NCBI GenBank assembly: GCA_036677065.1
Contig: JAKFBS010000002.1
Coordinates: 160,001-224,000 of the forward strand
Origin: Bdellovibrio sp.
Lineage (GTDB): Bacteria; Bdellovibrionota; Bdellovibrionia; Bdellovibrionales; Bdellovibrionaceae
Reading direction: 5' to 3'
DNA length: 64,000 nt
The stretch's first letter is position 1, and each line of letters begins with the position of its first letter. This document shows, piece after piece, positions 30,139 through 39,219 of this stretch. The notes under the pieces were generated by a model, which ran no database searches, was not told where the DNA came from, and saw nothing but the letters and a program-made list of their open reading frames with translations. The position numbers were made by a program, and so were the translations under genes.

Positions 30139-31268
30139 ATACTGTTTTTTTTATTTTGTCTATTTTGCTTTTAGGAGCTTGTGCTAAAGACGAAAAATAC
30201 GTTCAAGCGACGTCTCCTTTTTGCCAAAGTAATATGGTTAAAAATCAGTATATTGTGCACTGGAAAAGACAAGATCCAACTTTGTTGGCTGAAGAGAATC
30301 TTGCCAAATTTATTTCGCTCAATGATGACGAAATTGATTTTATTGAACCCAATTATACTATCCTTGCTAAATTTGAAAAAAAACAGGAAGAAGAACCGGT
30401 GATTCCGTCGATCACTAATGTTGAATCTGCAACTGCAGTTTATGATATGATTCATGTGCGATCGGCGTGGTACCGGGGATTTTTTGGTCAGGGTTTAACT
30501 GTCGCTGTCGTTGATACGGGAATAGATCAAAAACATCCAAGTCTGCGACGAAGACTTGTGCCAGGCTGGAATTTTATTTCTAATGCTGCAGATTCTAGTG
30601 ATGAAACCGGTCATGGTACCGCTATGGCGGGTATTATTACCGGCCCCTATCTAAATGGTTCAAGTTTAAGTTTAGCGCCTGATGTAAAAATCATGCCTAT
30701 AGATTTTATGACTGATCACGGTGGCACCGAATATCATGCGCAGCTTGCGCTAAATTATGCAATCACCCACAAAGCTAAAATTATTAATAATAGTTGGACG
30801 GTCAGTTGTTCAGAACTTTTACGAAGTTCGTTTGTTAGCTGGGCCAAAGAGAATGTAATTTTCATTAATTCGTCAGGTAATGAACCAGTAGATGTTATTA
30901 CTCATGGAATTTTACCGGCAAGCTTAAGCCTAAGTAATCATGTGCATGTGGGGTCATTAGATGATCGCGGGCATCGATCAAGTTTTAGCGGTTTTGGTTA
31001 CACCGTTTTATTGTACGCTCCGGGAGAATTGGTTCCAAGTTTTGCCCAGAGTGATAGCGGGTCGCGTAGCGTGCGAATTTCAGGAACCAGCGCATCGACC
31101 GCCATAGTTTCTGCAGCAGCCGCTTTATTATGGAGTGCTTTTCCAAGCGCCACCGCCAGCGAAATAGTGTCGTTAATTATCGAAGGAGCCCAGCAAGAAC
31201 TAACTATAGAACCAACACTTAACGTGCAGCAATCTTTACGTCTGGGGCGCGAACGTTTTTCAGACTAA
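30126..31268 (+). CDS. S8 subtilase lipoprotein
   Basis: LGAC lipobox; VDTG, HGTAMAG, SSGN, GTSAS. Confidence 0.88.
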   Translation: MQPINTVFFILSILLLGACAKDEKYVQATSPFCQSNMVKNQYIVHWKRQDPTLLAEENLAKFISLNDDEIDFIEPNYTILAKFEKKQEEEPVIPSITNVESATAVYDMIHVRSAWYRGFFGQGLTVAVVDTGIDQKHPSLRRRLVPGWNFISNAADSSDETGHGTAMAGIITGPYLNGSSLSLAPDVKIMPIDFMTDHGGTEYHAQLALNYAITHKAKIINNSWTVSCSELLRSSFVSWAKENVIFINSSGNEPVDVITHGILPASLSLSNHVHVGSLDDRGHRSSFSGFGYTVLLYAPGELVPSFAQSDSGSRSVRISGTSASTAIVSAAAALLWSAFPSATASEIVSLIIEGAQQELTIEPTLNVQQSLRLGRERFSD

Positions 31269-31272
31269 TCTT

Positions 31273-32559
31273 TTACGGAACAATGCTTTCATTAAGCAGA
31301 GCTTCAGCGATTCGGCTTAAGACTTTTCCTTTTTGTGAAGCCTCTCTGGCTTTTACGGCGTAGCTATCGGGCAGACGAGAATCCAGATCCCATGATTCAT
31401 TTAAAGTTAAATCTTCGGCGGTCATCGCACGGCCTGTGCTGGCGTAAGACCAGATAAAATCGGGTCTTGCTGCTGAATGCCATTCGCCGCCGATCACGGT
31501 GTAGCTTTCATCTAATTCTAAATCGTAAACAAAGTTATATGATTTAGTACGATCATTGCGGCCTTCGTTGACCGCCGGAGTTACTAAAGAAGGGATAAAT
31601 ACGTCCATTGCAACGCCGACAACGTATTTTGTTCTAGGGCTTCGGTGAATTTTGAATTTATCTGCGGTCATATTTTCAATGGGTTCTATGGCGGCTTTAA
31701 TATTGTGAGTGGTTTCGAAAGTTCGTGGGTTAAAATAGCTGTAGTCATAACCTTTCACTGCGAAATTCCACACTTCTGATCCGGTGGTTGAATCCATCAC
31801 AAAACTTTTTTGCTGCATGCCCACGCGATTTGTAACTGCTAAATGCCAACTCATTGGGTTTGAATCAAGACAAGATGCATCCATAGGGCGCTGATACGGG
31901 TCTTTAAGGACGATGTCTTGACGGCAGCGATTACCGGCTTGAATTGAGTCTGTGCTTGATTCGGCCCAAAGATAAGACATTAAGGCTTTAATATCCTGCC
32001 TGTAAAATTCGATCGCATGGTGGCCATTGACGTCGGTCACAACCACAGATTGGCGAGGTGCTTTGATGCCCATGTGCACTGCCGCAGACCAACCGTGACA
32101 AATTCCTGTCCATGTTGGAACTTCGCCGTACTGAATTAAAGTTTTTTGTCCGCGAGCCCACATAGCTTTGGTTAATGTCCAGTTCGCATCGCCAACCAGC
32201 AGGTCATATTTTTCAGCTGGGGATAGGCGGTTGATTTGACCCGAGAAAACCAGGGTCTCTGGTGGGCGCAGCATGTGATCGTTGTAATTTTCTAAGAAAT
32301 TTTTTGATTTAGGAAACAATGGGTCAGCATAACGCAGTCCAAGTAAACCTTGATGAATTGGCCAATAAGAGCCAGCCCAGATTTCATACTGGGTATGGCC
32401 TTGGGTCAGTCGAGTTTGCTGAAGAGTAAAAATATTTGCGATATAACTTTGTTTATCAAGAAAAATTTTAAAATCATCGTCGCGCATGGGTTCAGAGAAC
32501 GGGCTTACCGCCGTAGTTAAGGCTGTTGCGGCGATAAGATTAAAGATTGTTTTTGTCAT
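31273..32559 (-). CDS. Transglutaminase-elicitor (GP42-like) family secreted protein
   Basis: WAGSYWP, LSPAEKYD, WTGICHGW (catalytic Cys-His), DIKAL, EVWN, YDLELD..GGEW, PDFIW; GGAG RBS before ATG 32559. Confidence 0.8.
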   Translation of the reverse strand: MTKTIFNLIAATALTTAVSPFSEPMRDDDFKIFLDKQSYIANIFTLQQTRLTQGHTQYEIWAGSYWPIHQGLLGLRYADPLFPKSKNFLENYNDHMLRPPETLVFSGQINRLSPAEKYDLLVGDANWTLTKAMWARGQKTLIQYGEVPTWTGICHGWSAAVHMGIKAPRQSVVVTDVNGHHAIEFYRQDIKALMSYLWAESSTDSIQAGNRCRQDIVLKDPYQRPMDASCLDSNPMSWHLAVTNRVGMQQKSFVMDSTTGSEVWNFAVKGYDYSYFNPRTFETTHNIKAAIEPIENMTADKFKIHRSPRTKYVVGVAMDVFIPSLVTPAVNEGRNDRTKSYNFVYDLELDESYTVIGGEWHSAARPDFIWSYASTGRAMTAEDLTLNESWDLDSRLPDSYAVKAREASQKGKVLSRIAEALLNESIVP

Positions 32560-32596
32560 AATGCACACTCCGTACAAAGATTTTCATCAAAGGAGT

Positions 32597-32612
32597 TGCA
32601 CTATTTATTCCA
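32597..32612 (-). promoter_or_regulatory. Sigma54-type promoter of the transglutaminase gene
   Basis: Minus strand TGGAATAAATAGTGCA = GG-N10-GC. Confidence 0.55.
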
Positions 32613-32711
32613 TGCGTAGATTCGGGTTAATTTGCCCGAGGCGTTGAGGTCGAGGCATTGTGCGACACGGCCTCGGGCTTTTTTGGGCTAGTTGTTTTAT
32701 TATTTAGAAAA

Positions 32712-32747
32712 TTACACACCATTCTAACACTAGGTCTACAACTCTAG
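32712..32747 (+). promoter_or_regulatory. Three 11-bp-phased ACA repeats (OmpR/PhoB-type site), copy 1
   Basis: TTACACACCAT TCTAACACTAG GTCTACAACTC; homologous to 33686-33721. Confidence 0.55.
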
Positions 32748-32750
32748 TGG

Positions 32751-33110
32751 ATGATTGTTCGTATGAGTGATGTGAAAAAAAATATTTTAGTAGGAAATAT
32801 ATCAATTTGTAACCACAGCAGAAAGGTTGTCGTTCGTGATGAGCAAGATTACGAATACACCTTAAAATTCACGCAAACTGAATTTAGACTTCTGACCTGC
32901 TTGGCAAGTCAGCCTGAAAAAGTCTTTTCAAGAGAAGAACTATTCGACAAAGCCTGGGGAGAAGATCCGCGCGATATGGGTCGAAATGTGGATGTGCATA
33001 TTTGCCAGGTCAGAAAAAAATTAACTGATAAAAGTACACACACTGTAAAGGCCCTGTCAGGTGTAGGCTATAAACTAACACAAAGACGAAAAATAAAGAC
33101 GCAAATCTAA
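32751..33110 (+). CDS. Stand-alone OmpR/PhoB winged-helix protein (no receiver domain)
   Basis: TQTEFRLL, VFSREEL, RNVDVHI..VRKKL, GVGYKL. Start could be 32763. Confidence 0.85.
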   Translation: MIVRMSDVKKNILVGNISICNHSRKVVVRDEQDYEYTLKFTQTEFRLLTCLASQPEKVFSREELFDKAWGEDPRDMGRNVDVHICQVRKKLTDKSTHTVKALSGVGYKLTQRRKIKTQI

Positions 33111-33637
33111 AGCATCAGTTGATTCAAATCTTGAGTGTTCTGTATCAAGAGTGTTTTTTGTTTGTACGCATCGCGCGACAAAATACGCAACATTTCAGGC
33201 CGCATTTTAGTGTGAACCTGATGAATGGTTTTAAAGAGCTTTACCGTATGGCTCCAATTTCTTTCGCTACTGTTGGGCGGAAGTTCAGAGCGTTGGTTCA
33301 TAAATATATTTTTAAGTACGCGCTTTGTGGCCCAGAAATAATGGGTAGCGATGGGTAAATCGATCATAATGATTTGATCGGCTAATTTCAGGCGTTCTTC
33401 CAGAATGTCTAAGGGCCCGAAACCATCGATGATCCATTCAGATTTGGCTTGTTCTAGCTTCAAAAGTTGGATGGATTCAGCAAAAGGGCGAAATTTTAAC
33501 CCCGTCATAAATTGAATTTGATCCACATGAATTAGCGGCAATTGCAATTTTTTTGCTAAGCTTTGGCTTAGACGAGTTTTGCCGCCACAAGAATTTCCGA
33601 TAATTGCAATTTTTGAGACACTTGAGACTAAAGGCAT
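33107..33637 (-). CDS. FlaR/adenylate-kinase-like P-loop protein
   Basis: IAIIGNSCGGKT, WIIDG, ADQIIMIDLP. Confidence 0.8.
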   Translation of the reverse strand: MPLVSSVSKIAIIGNSCGGKTRLSQSLAKKLQLPLIHVDQIQFMTGLKFRPFAESIQLLKLEQAKSEWIIDGFGPLDILEERLKLADQIIMIDLPIATHYFWATKRVLKNIFMNQRSELPPNSSERNWSHTVKLFKTIHQVHTKMRPEMLRILSRDAYKQKTLLIQNTQDLNQLML

Positions 33638-33685
33638 GGGTGTATCTTAAGCTACATAAGACCTTGTTGCAAGTTGTCTAGAAAA

Positions 33686-33721
33686 CTTAACATCAGGCTA
33701 ACACCAGGTCGACATCACTAG
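33686..33721 (+). promoter_or_regulatory. Three 11-bp-phased ACA repeats, copy 2
   Basis: CTTAACATCAG GCTAACACCAG GTCGACATCAC. Confidence 0.55.
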
Positions 33722-33758
33722 ACGATCATATAAACAAGAAATGTTGAGGGCTTTTGCC

Positions 33759-34469
33759 GTGCATAAAGTTTTGGTGGTTGATAGTGATGAGCAGTATCAA
33801 AAGTTAATTAAGCAAACGCTAAATCACTTGGATCTTACTTTTGCAAGATCAGTTGAAGAAGCCCTTATGAAAATCAAAGAGCAAACTTTTGATTGTGTAT
33901 TAGTCGATATAAATTTACCAGAGCGCGGTAGTTTAGTTTTGTTAAAAGAAGTATTGAATGATGAGCTTTACAGAAAAACGCCAGTTCTTTGTATGGGCGA
34001 AAATGAAGATATCGCAGATCGGGTCATTGTTCTGGATATGGGTGCTGATGATTTTTTAATTAAGCCGTTTAATCCCCTGGAATTTCGCGCTCGCATAGAA
34101 AATAAAATTAAAAAAAGCATTAAATTAAAAGCTGAATCAAAAGTGACAGACATCGGAAACATGTCAATTGACCACACAAGACATCGCGTGGTCGTGCGCG
34201 ATGGTCAAAAAGAATTTGAAGTTCCGGTCACGCAAACCGAATTCAAACTTTTAACCTGTTTGGCCAAAGTGCCTGGGCAAGTTTATTCGCGAGAACAATT
34301 ATTGTCTTCGGCCTGGGGGGATGAATCGGGTGTTTTAGAGCGAGTGGTTGATGTCCATATTTGTCTGCTGCGAAAAAAATTGGGTGAAAAGTGTTCACAC
34401 ACAGTCAAAGCCCTTTCGGGTGTGGGTTATAAATTAACGGCTCATCGAAAAATTTCATTGGGGGCATAA
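33759..34469 (+). CDS. OmpR-family response regulator
   Basis: VLVVD, LVDINLP, GADDFLIKPF plus wHTH. GTG start at 33759 assumed; ATG 33741 also possible. Confidence 0.9.
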   Translation: MHKVLVVDSDEQYQKLIKQTLNHLDLTFARSVEEALMKIKEQTFDCVLVDINLPERGSLVLLKEVLNDELYRKTPVLCMGENEDIADRVIVLDMGADDFLIKPFNPLEFRARIENKIKKSIKLKAESKVTDIGNMSIDHTRHRVVVRDGQKEFEVPVTQTEFKLLTCLAKVPGQVYSREQLLSSAWGDESGVLERVVDVHICLLRKKLGEKCSHTVKALSGVGYKLTAHRKISLGA

Positions 34470-34509
34470 TACCTGCTTGATTCTCTGAGGTTCTGTTTTA
34501 GACTTACTC

Positions 34510-35355
34510 ATGATGAGCCTACGTGTCGGAGAACCCTGGAGTTACGGGGATTATAAATTTTTTGGAGTATCACTTGCGGGGATTCGCACCGCCATCTCGA
34601 TGCCTGAGTTATCAATTAGTTTTGATGTGGCTCAGGGGTATCCGTATTTGTTTAATATGCACAAATATTTTATTACGCATGGGCATCTGGATCATGCGGC
34701 TGGTATTCCGTATATTATTTCGCAAAAAATGATGACCTCGCAAAAAGCGGGTGAGTTCTATATGCCAGCGTCTTTAGTTGAACCGTTATCTGAAATTATG
34801 CAGCTTTGGAGCAAGATCGAAGGTTTTCCGTACAATTTTAAATTTATTCCGGTACGTGCAGATGATGAAATCGAAGTTAATAATCATCATTTCATCAAAG
34901 CTTTTCCGACCACGCACCGGGTTGATTCTTTCGGTTATACTTTATTTGAAAATAAGAAAAAATTAAAATCTGAATACACTAGTCTTAGTAAAGATGAAAT
35001 TATTAGTTTACGCAGGCAGGGCATTGAAGTTAATGAAATAATACAAACACCGATGGTCAGCTTTACCGGAGATACCCAGATCGAATTTTTGCAGACCAGA
35101 CCGTGGATTAAAAAATCAAAAATTTTAATTTTAGAAGCCACGTATTTGGATGATAAGCGCTCAATTGAAAAAGCGCGCGAATGGGGCCATACCCATTTAG
35201 ATGAAATTATTCCGCATCTGGACGAAATTGAAAGCGAACGCATTGTTCTGATTCACGCGTCGTCTCGCTATTCAAATGCCGAAGCCAATCACATTCTGCG
35301 TGAAAAAATTCCAGTTAAACACCATGACCGCGTGGTGTTTTTTCATGGTCGATAA
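34510..35355 (+). CDS. Ribonuclease Z-like metallo-beta-lactamase (short form)
   Basis: THGHLDH, HRVDSFGY, FTGDT, LEATY, GHTH, IHASSRY. Confidence 0.8.
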   Translation: MMSLRVGEPWSYGDYKFFGVSLAGIRTAISMPELSISFDVAQGYPYLFNMHKYFITHGHLDHAAGIPYIISQKMMTSQKAGEFYMPASLVEPLSEIMQLWSKIEGFPYNFKFIPVRADDEIEVNNHHFIKAFPTTHRVDSFGYTLFENKKKLKSEYTSLSKDEIISLRRQGIEVNEIIQTPMVSFTGDTQIEFLQTRPWIKKSKILILEATYLDDKRSIEKAREWGHTHLDEIIPHLDEIESERIVLIHASSRYSNAEANHILREKIPVKHHDRVVFFHGR

Positions 35356-35367
35356 TGATACAAATTC

Positions 35368-35506
35368 ATTCTCAGGGTGAGACTGGTGTAGATCCTTTTT
35401 CGTCACCCTTATAGGCTTAGACAGTCAGGCTATAAATAAGAGCCTATTGGCCCTTTTTAAGTTTGGTACGGCAGCTGCAATTCAAAGCTGTATGAAAAAA
35501 CAAATC
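35368..35506 (+). repeat. ~140-bp promoter/signal-peptide cassette, copy B (sigma54 box at 35464-35479)
   Basis: Colinear with the reverse complement of 18943-19080; TGGTACGGCAGCTGCA. Confidence 0.85.
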
Positions 35507-36010
35507 TTAGCCTTAGCTTGCATCTTTATCTTCTCAACTCAAACGTTAGCTCAGTTAGATGGAACAGATCATAATCCTGATCAACGCATAGTTTGTGATC
35601 TTGAAGAAGCTAAGACAACAGTTAATGAAATGGTTGAAGACGAAGATCTTGGTGACTGGAAAACTTCAATGCAAGCTGCTGGTGAAAAACTTCGCGAAGA
35701 GGTTCTTAATATGTTAACCCGCGCCGACATCAGCGCAAAAACAATCGAATATGACATGTATGAAATTTTCAGAAATGCGAACTGTGTTTTTAAAATTATC
35801 AGTCAAAATGACGTTGATGCGGAAATCGGAAAAAAATATAAACATAATTTATCGATTATCGAACAGCGCGTAAAATTAAATAACTCGAAAATGCCGTCTT
35901 TAGAAAATGCAAAAACTCAAGCTGAAAAAAACAACGCCCGTGCTAATAAATATTTATACGCTAACCGCTTTGCCGCTGCCATCGTGATGGCTGTTTTTGA
36001 CGGTCAATAA
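35492..36010 (+). CDS. Secreted hypothetical protein
   Basis: MKKQILALACIFIFSTQTLA signal peptide at ATG 35492. Confidence 0.7.
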   Translation: MKKQILALACIFIFSTQTLAQLDGTDHNPDQRIVCDLEEAKTTVNEMVEDEDLGDWKTSMQAAGEKLREEVLNMLTRADISAKTIEYDMYEIFRNANCVFKIISQNDVDAEIGKKYKHNLSIIEQRVKLNNSKMPSLENAKTQAEKNNARANKYLYANRFAAAIVMAVFDGQ

Positions 36011-36117
36011 TTTCTCTGTTTGCAAAAGCTCGGTTCGTGAACTAAAGAATCTGGACCTTAGCTATAATTAATGAAAATCTATTAACAGGCGAGCTAAATG
36101 CTCGCTATTCTAGTTCT

Positions 36118-36990
36118 ATGTTAAGAATAACTTTTATAATCACAACTCTTATTACGCAATTAACATTGGCTGCATCACCGACCACAACGGTTTCTGCTAC
36201 CGTAAAAACAAAACCTGCCGCAAAGCCAACATTTGATTTAGCCTCAATAAAAAAACTTTATGACAAAGATTCAAAAGAAGACATTAACGCTAAAGGCGAC
36301 AAGGGTTGGGCATTGCTTCATCACGCAGCTTTAGCGAACAAAGCTGATATCGTGGCTTTTGCTTTATCAAAAGGTGCGCAAATTAATGTGCAAGCTAATG
36401 ATAAATCAACAGCGCTAATTGTGGCCTCGCAAGTTGGCGCAAAACAAACCGTCATGTTGCTTACAGAAAAAGGGGCCGAGATCAACGCGCGCATGACGGG
36501 TGGCTTTACCGCACTTCATTTAGCAGCTCAGCAAGGGCAAACTGAAATTGTAAAAATCTTAATCGCTGCAGGCGCTGATAAAACTTTATTAAGCGAACCT
36601 AAAGGTAGTGGCTTGCAACCGATCCATCTTGCGGCGTTGGGCGGCCATGTTTCTGCTATGAGCGCCTTATACAAAGCCGGAGTCTCAATTGATGCTTTAA
36701 CTGGGGATAAAAAAACTCCACTGATGATCGCGCTTGCAGCTAAACAAGATAAAATGGCGAACTTAATTGTAAATACCGGGGCAAATTTGAACGCTGCCGA
36801 TTCGCAAGGATTAACAGCCTTGATGATTTTAGCCAGTCATGATGGCAGTCTAGAACTGGCTAAAAAAATGATAGACAAGGGTGCCAAGCTTGAAACTGAA
36901 TCTAAAGGTAATGCGACCGCTCTTGATTATGCTAAATCTAAAAAGCGTGATGATCTTGTAAAGTATTTTGAATCAAAGGGCGCTATTTGA
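36118..36990 (+). CDS. Secreted ankyrin-repeat protein
   Basis: About 6-7 repeats (GFTALHLAA, KKTPLMIA, GLTALMI); signal peptide. Confidence 0.92.
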   Translation: MLRITFIITTLITQLTLAASPTTTVSATVKTKPAAKPTFDLASIKKLYDKDSKEDINAKGDKGWALLHHAALANKADIVAFALSKGAQINVQANDKSTALIVASQVGAKQTVMLLTEKGAEINARMTGGFTALHLAAQQGQTEIVKILIAAGADKTLLSEPKGSGLQPIHLAALGGHVSAMSALYKAGVSIDALTGDKKTPLMIALAAKQDKMANLIVNTGANLNAADSQGLTALMILASHDGSLELAKKMIDKGAKLETESKGNATALDYAKSKKRDDLVKYFESKGAI

Positions 36991-37539
36991 TACGCCAAAT
37001 TCGCAATGCACATGAAGATTCGAAAAATCTCCAATCGTTGTTGTATTGCTTGAACTCCTAAAATTTGCATTCGTGTAAATAAATGAATCGCTTACTGAAA
37101 ACTTACTCTCGAACGACTTTTGAGTTTCTAGTAGATTCGTAAACGGATTCACTATTGAAATAGAAGCATTCATTAGCTTTCTATGATTTTTTGCATCCAG
37201 GCTAACTTCGATAGCAACGTGAAGCGGGGTTAGAATTTCATTTTTATTCGAATCCCAGCTGCGAACCATTTGGTTGAATTCAGCTTTGCCAAAACCGAAT
37301 ATGAATTCTCTGCTTCCGCCAACTACATTGATATGTTCAGATTTTGTAGACTCAAACTGCGCTGATACATTTCCAAGATTAAGAAGATCGCCGACAAGAA
37401 GTCCATTGCGGGTCTCTGTAACCAGATGACAAGTTATTTCGGTATCTAAAATTAGCGGACTAAATACAACCCCTGCATGAGATTTTACCAGCATCATAAA
37501 AAACACTAAAAAAAATAAAATAGGTTTTGTGGCTTTCAT
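36973..37539 (-). CDS. Secreted hypothetical protein
   Basis: Signal peptide MKATKPILFFLVFFMMLVKSHA; AAGGA RBS. Confidence 0.65.
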   Translation of the reverse strand: MKATKPILFFLVFFMMLVKSHAGVVFSPLILDTEITCHLVTETRNGLLVGDLLNLGNVSAQFESTKSEHINVVGGSREFIFGFGKAEFNQMVRSWDSNKNEILTPLHVAIEVSLDAKNHRKLMNASISIVNPFTNLLETQKSFESKFSVSDSFIYTNANFRSSSNTTTIGDFSNLHVHCEFGVSNSAL

Positions 37540-37765
37540 TGAATGATCCTTTTCTATTGGGTGCTTCAACATACCCTAGATTTTGAATTAAAGGGATTTT
37601 GTTTTTCTGGTTACTCAGCGGCAGGCAGGAGAACCAACTAATACACTCAAACTATGACCAGCGTAGCGCAGTTTTTGCAATTGTACCGCAATTAGTAAAA
37701 AAGTGAGAAAATTTGCCACATTGTCGTGGCAAAAAAATATCAAGAACAAAAAAATGAGGACAACT

Positions 37766-38464
37766 ATGAGAAAAAATCAAAGAAATGATTCAAACTATGA
37801 ATCAACTAGCCGCCGCAATAATCAAGCTTCGCAAAGAATGTATTCAGGTCGTGACCGCGATTTCGATACAGACTCTGATCTTTATGAAAATGAAGACTAT
37901 TATCGTAATGAATCTCAGCAAAGCCCACGCAGTAGCTATCAAAGTGACTATGATTATGAACCAAGTGATCGTCCAAGATTTGAAGCGCCTCAAGGCCGGG
38001 GTCGTATGGAAAGCCACGGTCTAACATCAGACTATAACCGCAATGCGCGCGATTATTCAGGAAATTTTCCGTCGTCTGAATTATCAGGTTCTGGACGCAG
38101 AGAAGCCGGCTACGGAAGCTCATGGACACAAGGTGCTCACGCTGGAAAAGGCCCTAAAGGTTATCAGCGTTCTGAAGAAAGAATCCGTGAAGACGTGTGC
38201 GACGCTTTAGAAGCGCACGCGCATATTGATGCTTCAGATATTGATGTTGAAGTGAGCGAAGGCCTAGTCACTTTAACTGGAACAGTTGATTCGCGCCAAG
38301 CCAAGCGCCTTGCTGAGCAAGCGGTTGAAACTGTTCGTGGTATTAAAGATATCAGTAACGAGCTTCGAATTATGTCGACAAGTGAAAATGTAAGAGAAGC
38401 TAAAAGTTTTACGCCGACCAAAACAAAATCTGGCAAAAAATCGGGTGCAAATTACAAACAATAG
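37766..38464 (+). CDS. BON-domain protein with disordered N-terminus
   Basis: GKGPKGYQRSEERIREDV...IDASDIDVEV..G.VTLTGTV...V.GIKDISNEL; GAGGA RBS. Confidence 0.9.
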   Translation: MRKNQRNDSNYESTSRRNNQASQRMYSGRDRDFDTDSDLYENEDYYRNESQQSPRSSYQSDYDYEPSDRPRFEAPQGRGRMESHGLTSDYNRNARDYSGNFPSSELSGSGRREAGYGSSWTQGAHAGKGPKGYQRSEERIREDVCDALEAHAHIDASDIDVEVSEGLVTLTGTVDSRQAKRLAEQAVETVRGIKDISNELRIMSTSENVREAKSFTPTKTKSGKKSGANYKQ

Positions 38465-38476
38465 TATCAAATAAAT

Positions 38477-38506
38477 AAAAAAGGGACTCCCCAGAGTCCC
38501 TTTTTT
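38477..38506 (+). terminator. Intrinsic terminator
   Basis: AAAAAAGGGACTC-CCCA-GAGTCCCTTTTTT. Confidence 0.85.
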
Positions 38507-38836
38507 ATTTGGGACTTCTTGTCTATTACTTGATGGAACTCCACTTAACAAAGGGCATGTTCGCCGCTTCTATTTTGCTCTGGTTTGTGAGAGCATTTTC
38601 GCAGTGTTTACCGGGTGGAGTCCAGAATTTTACACCAATGCGCCAGCTCCGCGAAGTTCTCTAGGTAAATGGATTAGAAAAACCTTTCCACCTAGAGGCC
38701 GATAGCTGAAAAAATGCCCCATTCCCATCCTAACCTGGGCTGAACTTTGAACATTTTGCTTTAGGTTTTGAATTGTTTAATATCATTATAAGTGATTCAA
38801 TTAACTTCGGTTTATTATCCCAAGGAGAGCTGTTTT

Positions 38837-39211
38837 TTGGATCCTGTAAAAAACATTTTAGTCGTAGACGATGATGAAGGAATTCGTGAGATTCTGCAAA
38901 TGGCGTTTGCAACAGAAGGCTATTCTGTAACAACTGCAGCCAATGGCCTAGAGGCTATAGATATCCTTTCTCGTTCGCCTGACTATGGGCTCATTCTTTT
39001 AGATTTAATGATGCCTAAGATGAATGGTTGGGAATTCATTGAAGCTTTTCAGAAAAATAATTACCCCGAAATTCCAATCATCTTGATGACGGCCTATGCT
39101 GACCGAGTTAAAAATATTGATGTCGTCAAAGAGGTGATCCTCAAACCAATGGATTTTGGTGCCCTTTTGCAAAGAGTCGATGCGAATTTTAAGGCGAATC
39201 ATAAATCATAA
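38837..39211 (+). CDS. Single-domain response regulator
   Basis: ILVVDDD, LLDLMMP, MTA, KP; TTG start after AAGGAG assumed. Confidence 0.9.
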   Translation: MDPVKNILVVDDDEGIREILQMAFATEGYSVTTAANGLEAIDILSRSPDYGLILLDLMMPKMNGWEFIEAFQKNNYPEIPIILMTAYADRVKNIDVVKEVILKPMDFGALLQRVDANFKANHKS

Positions 39212-39219
39212 GAGGAAGT

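Noticed and set aside
38629..38727. Short minus-strand ORF MGMGHFFSYRPLGGKVFLIHLP resembling an HATPase tail
   Set aside because: Too short and weak to call; the region is better explained by the eroded repeat.
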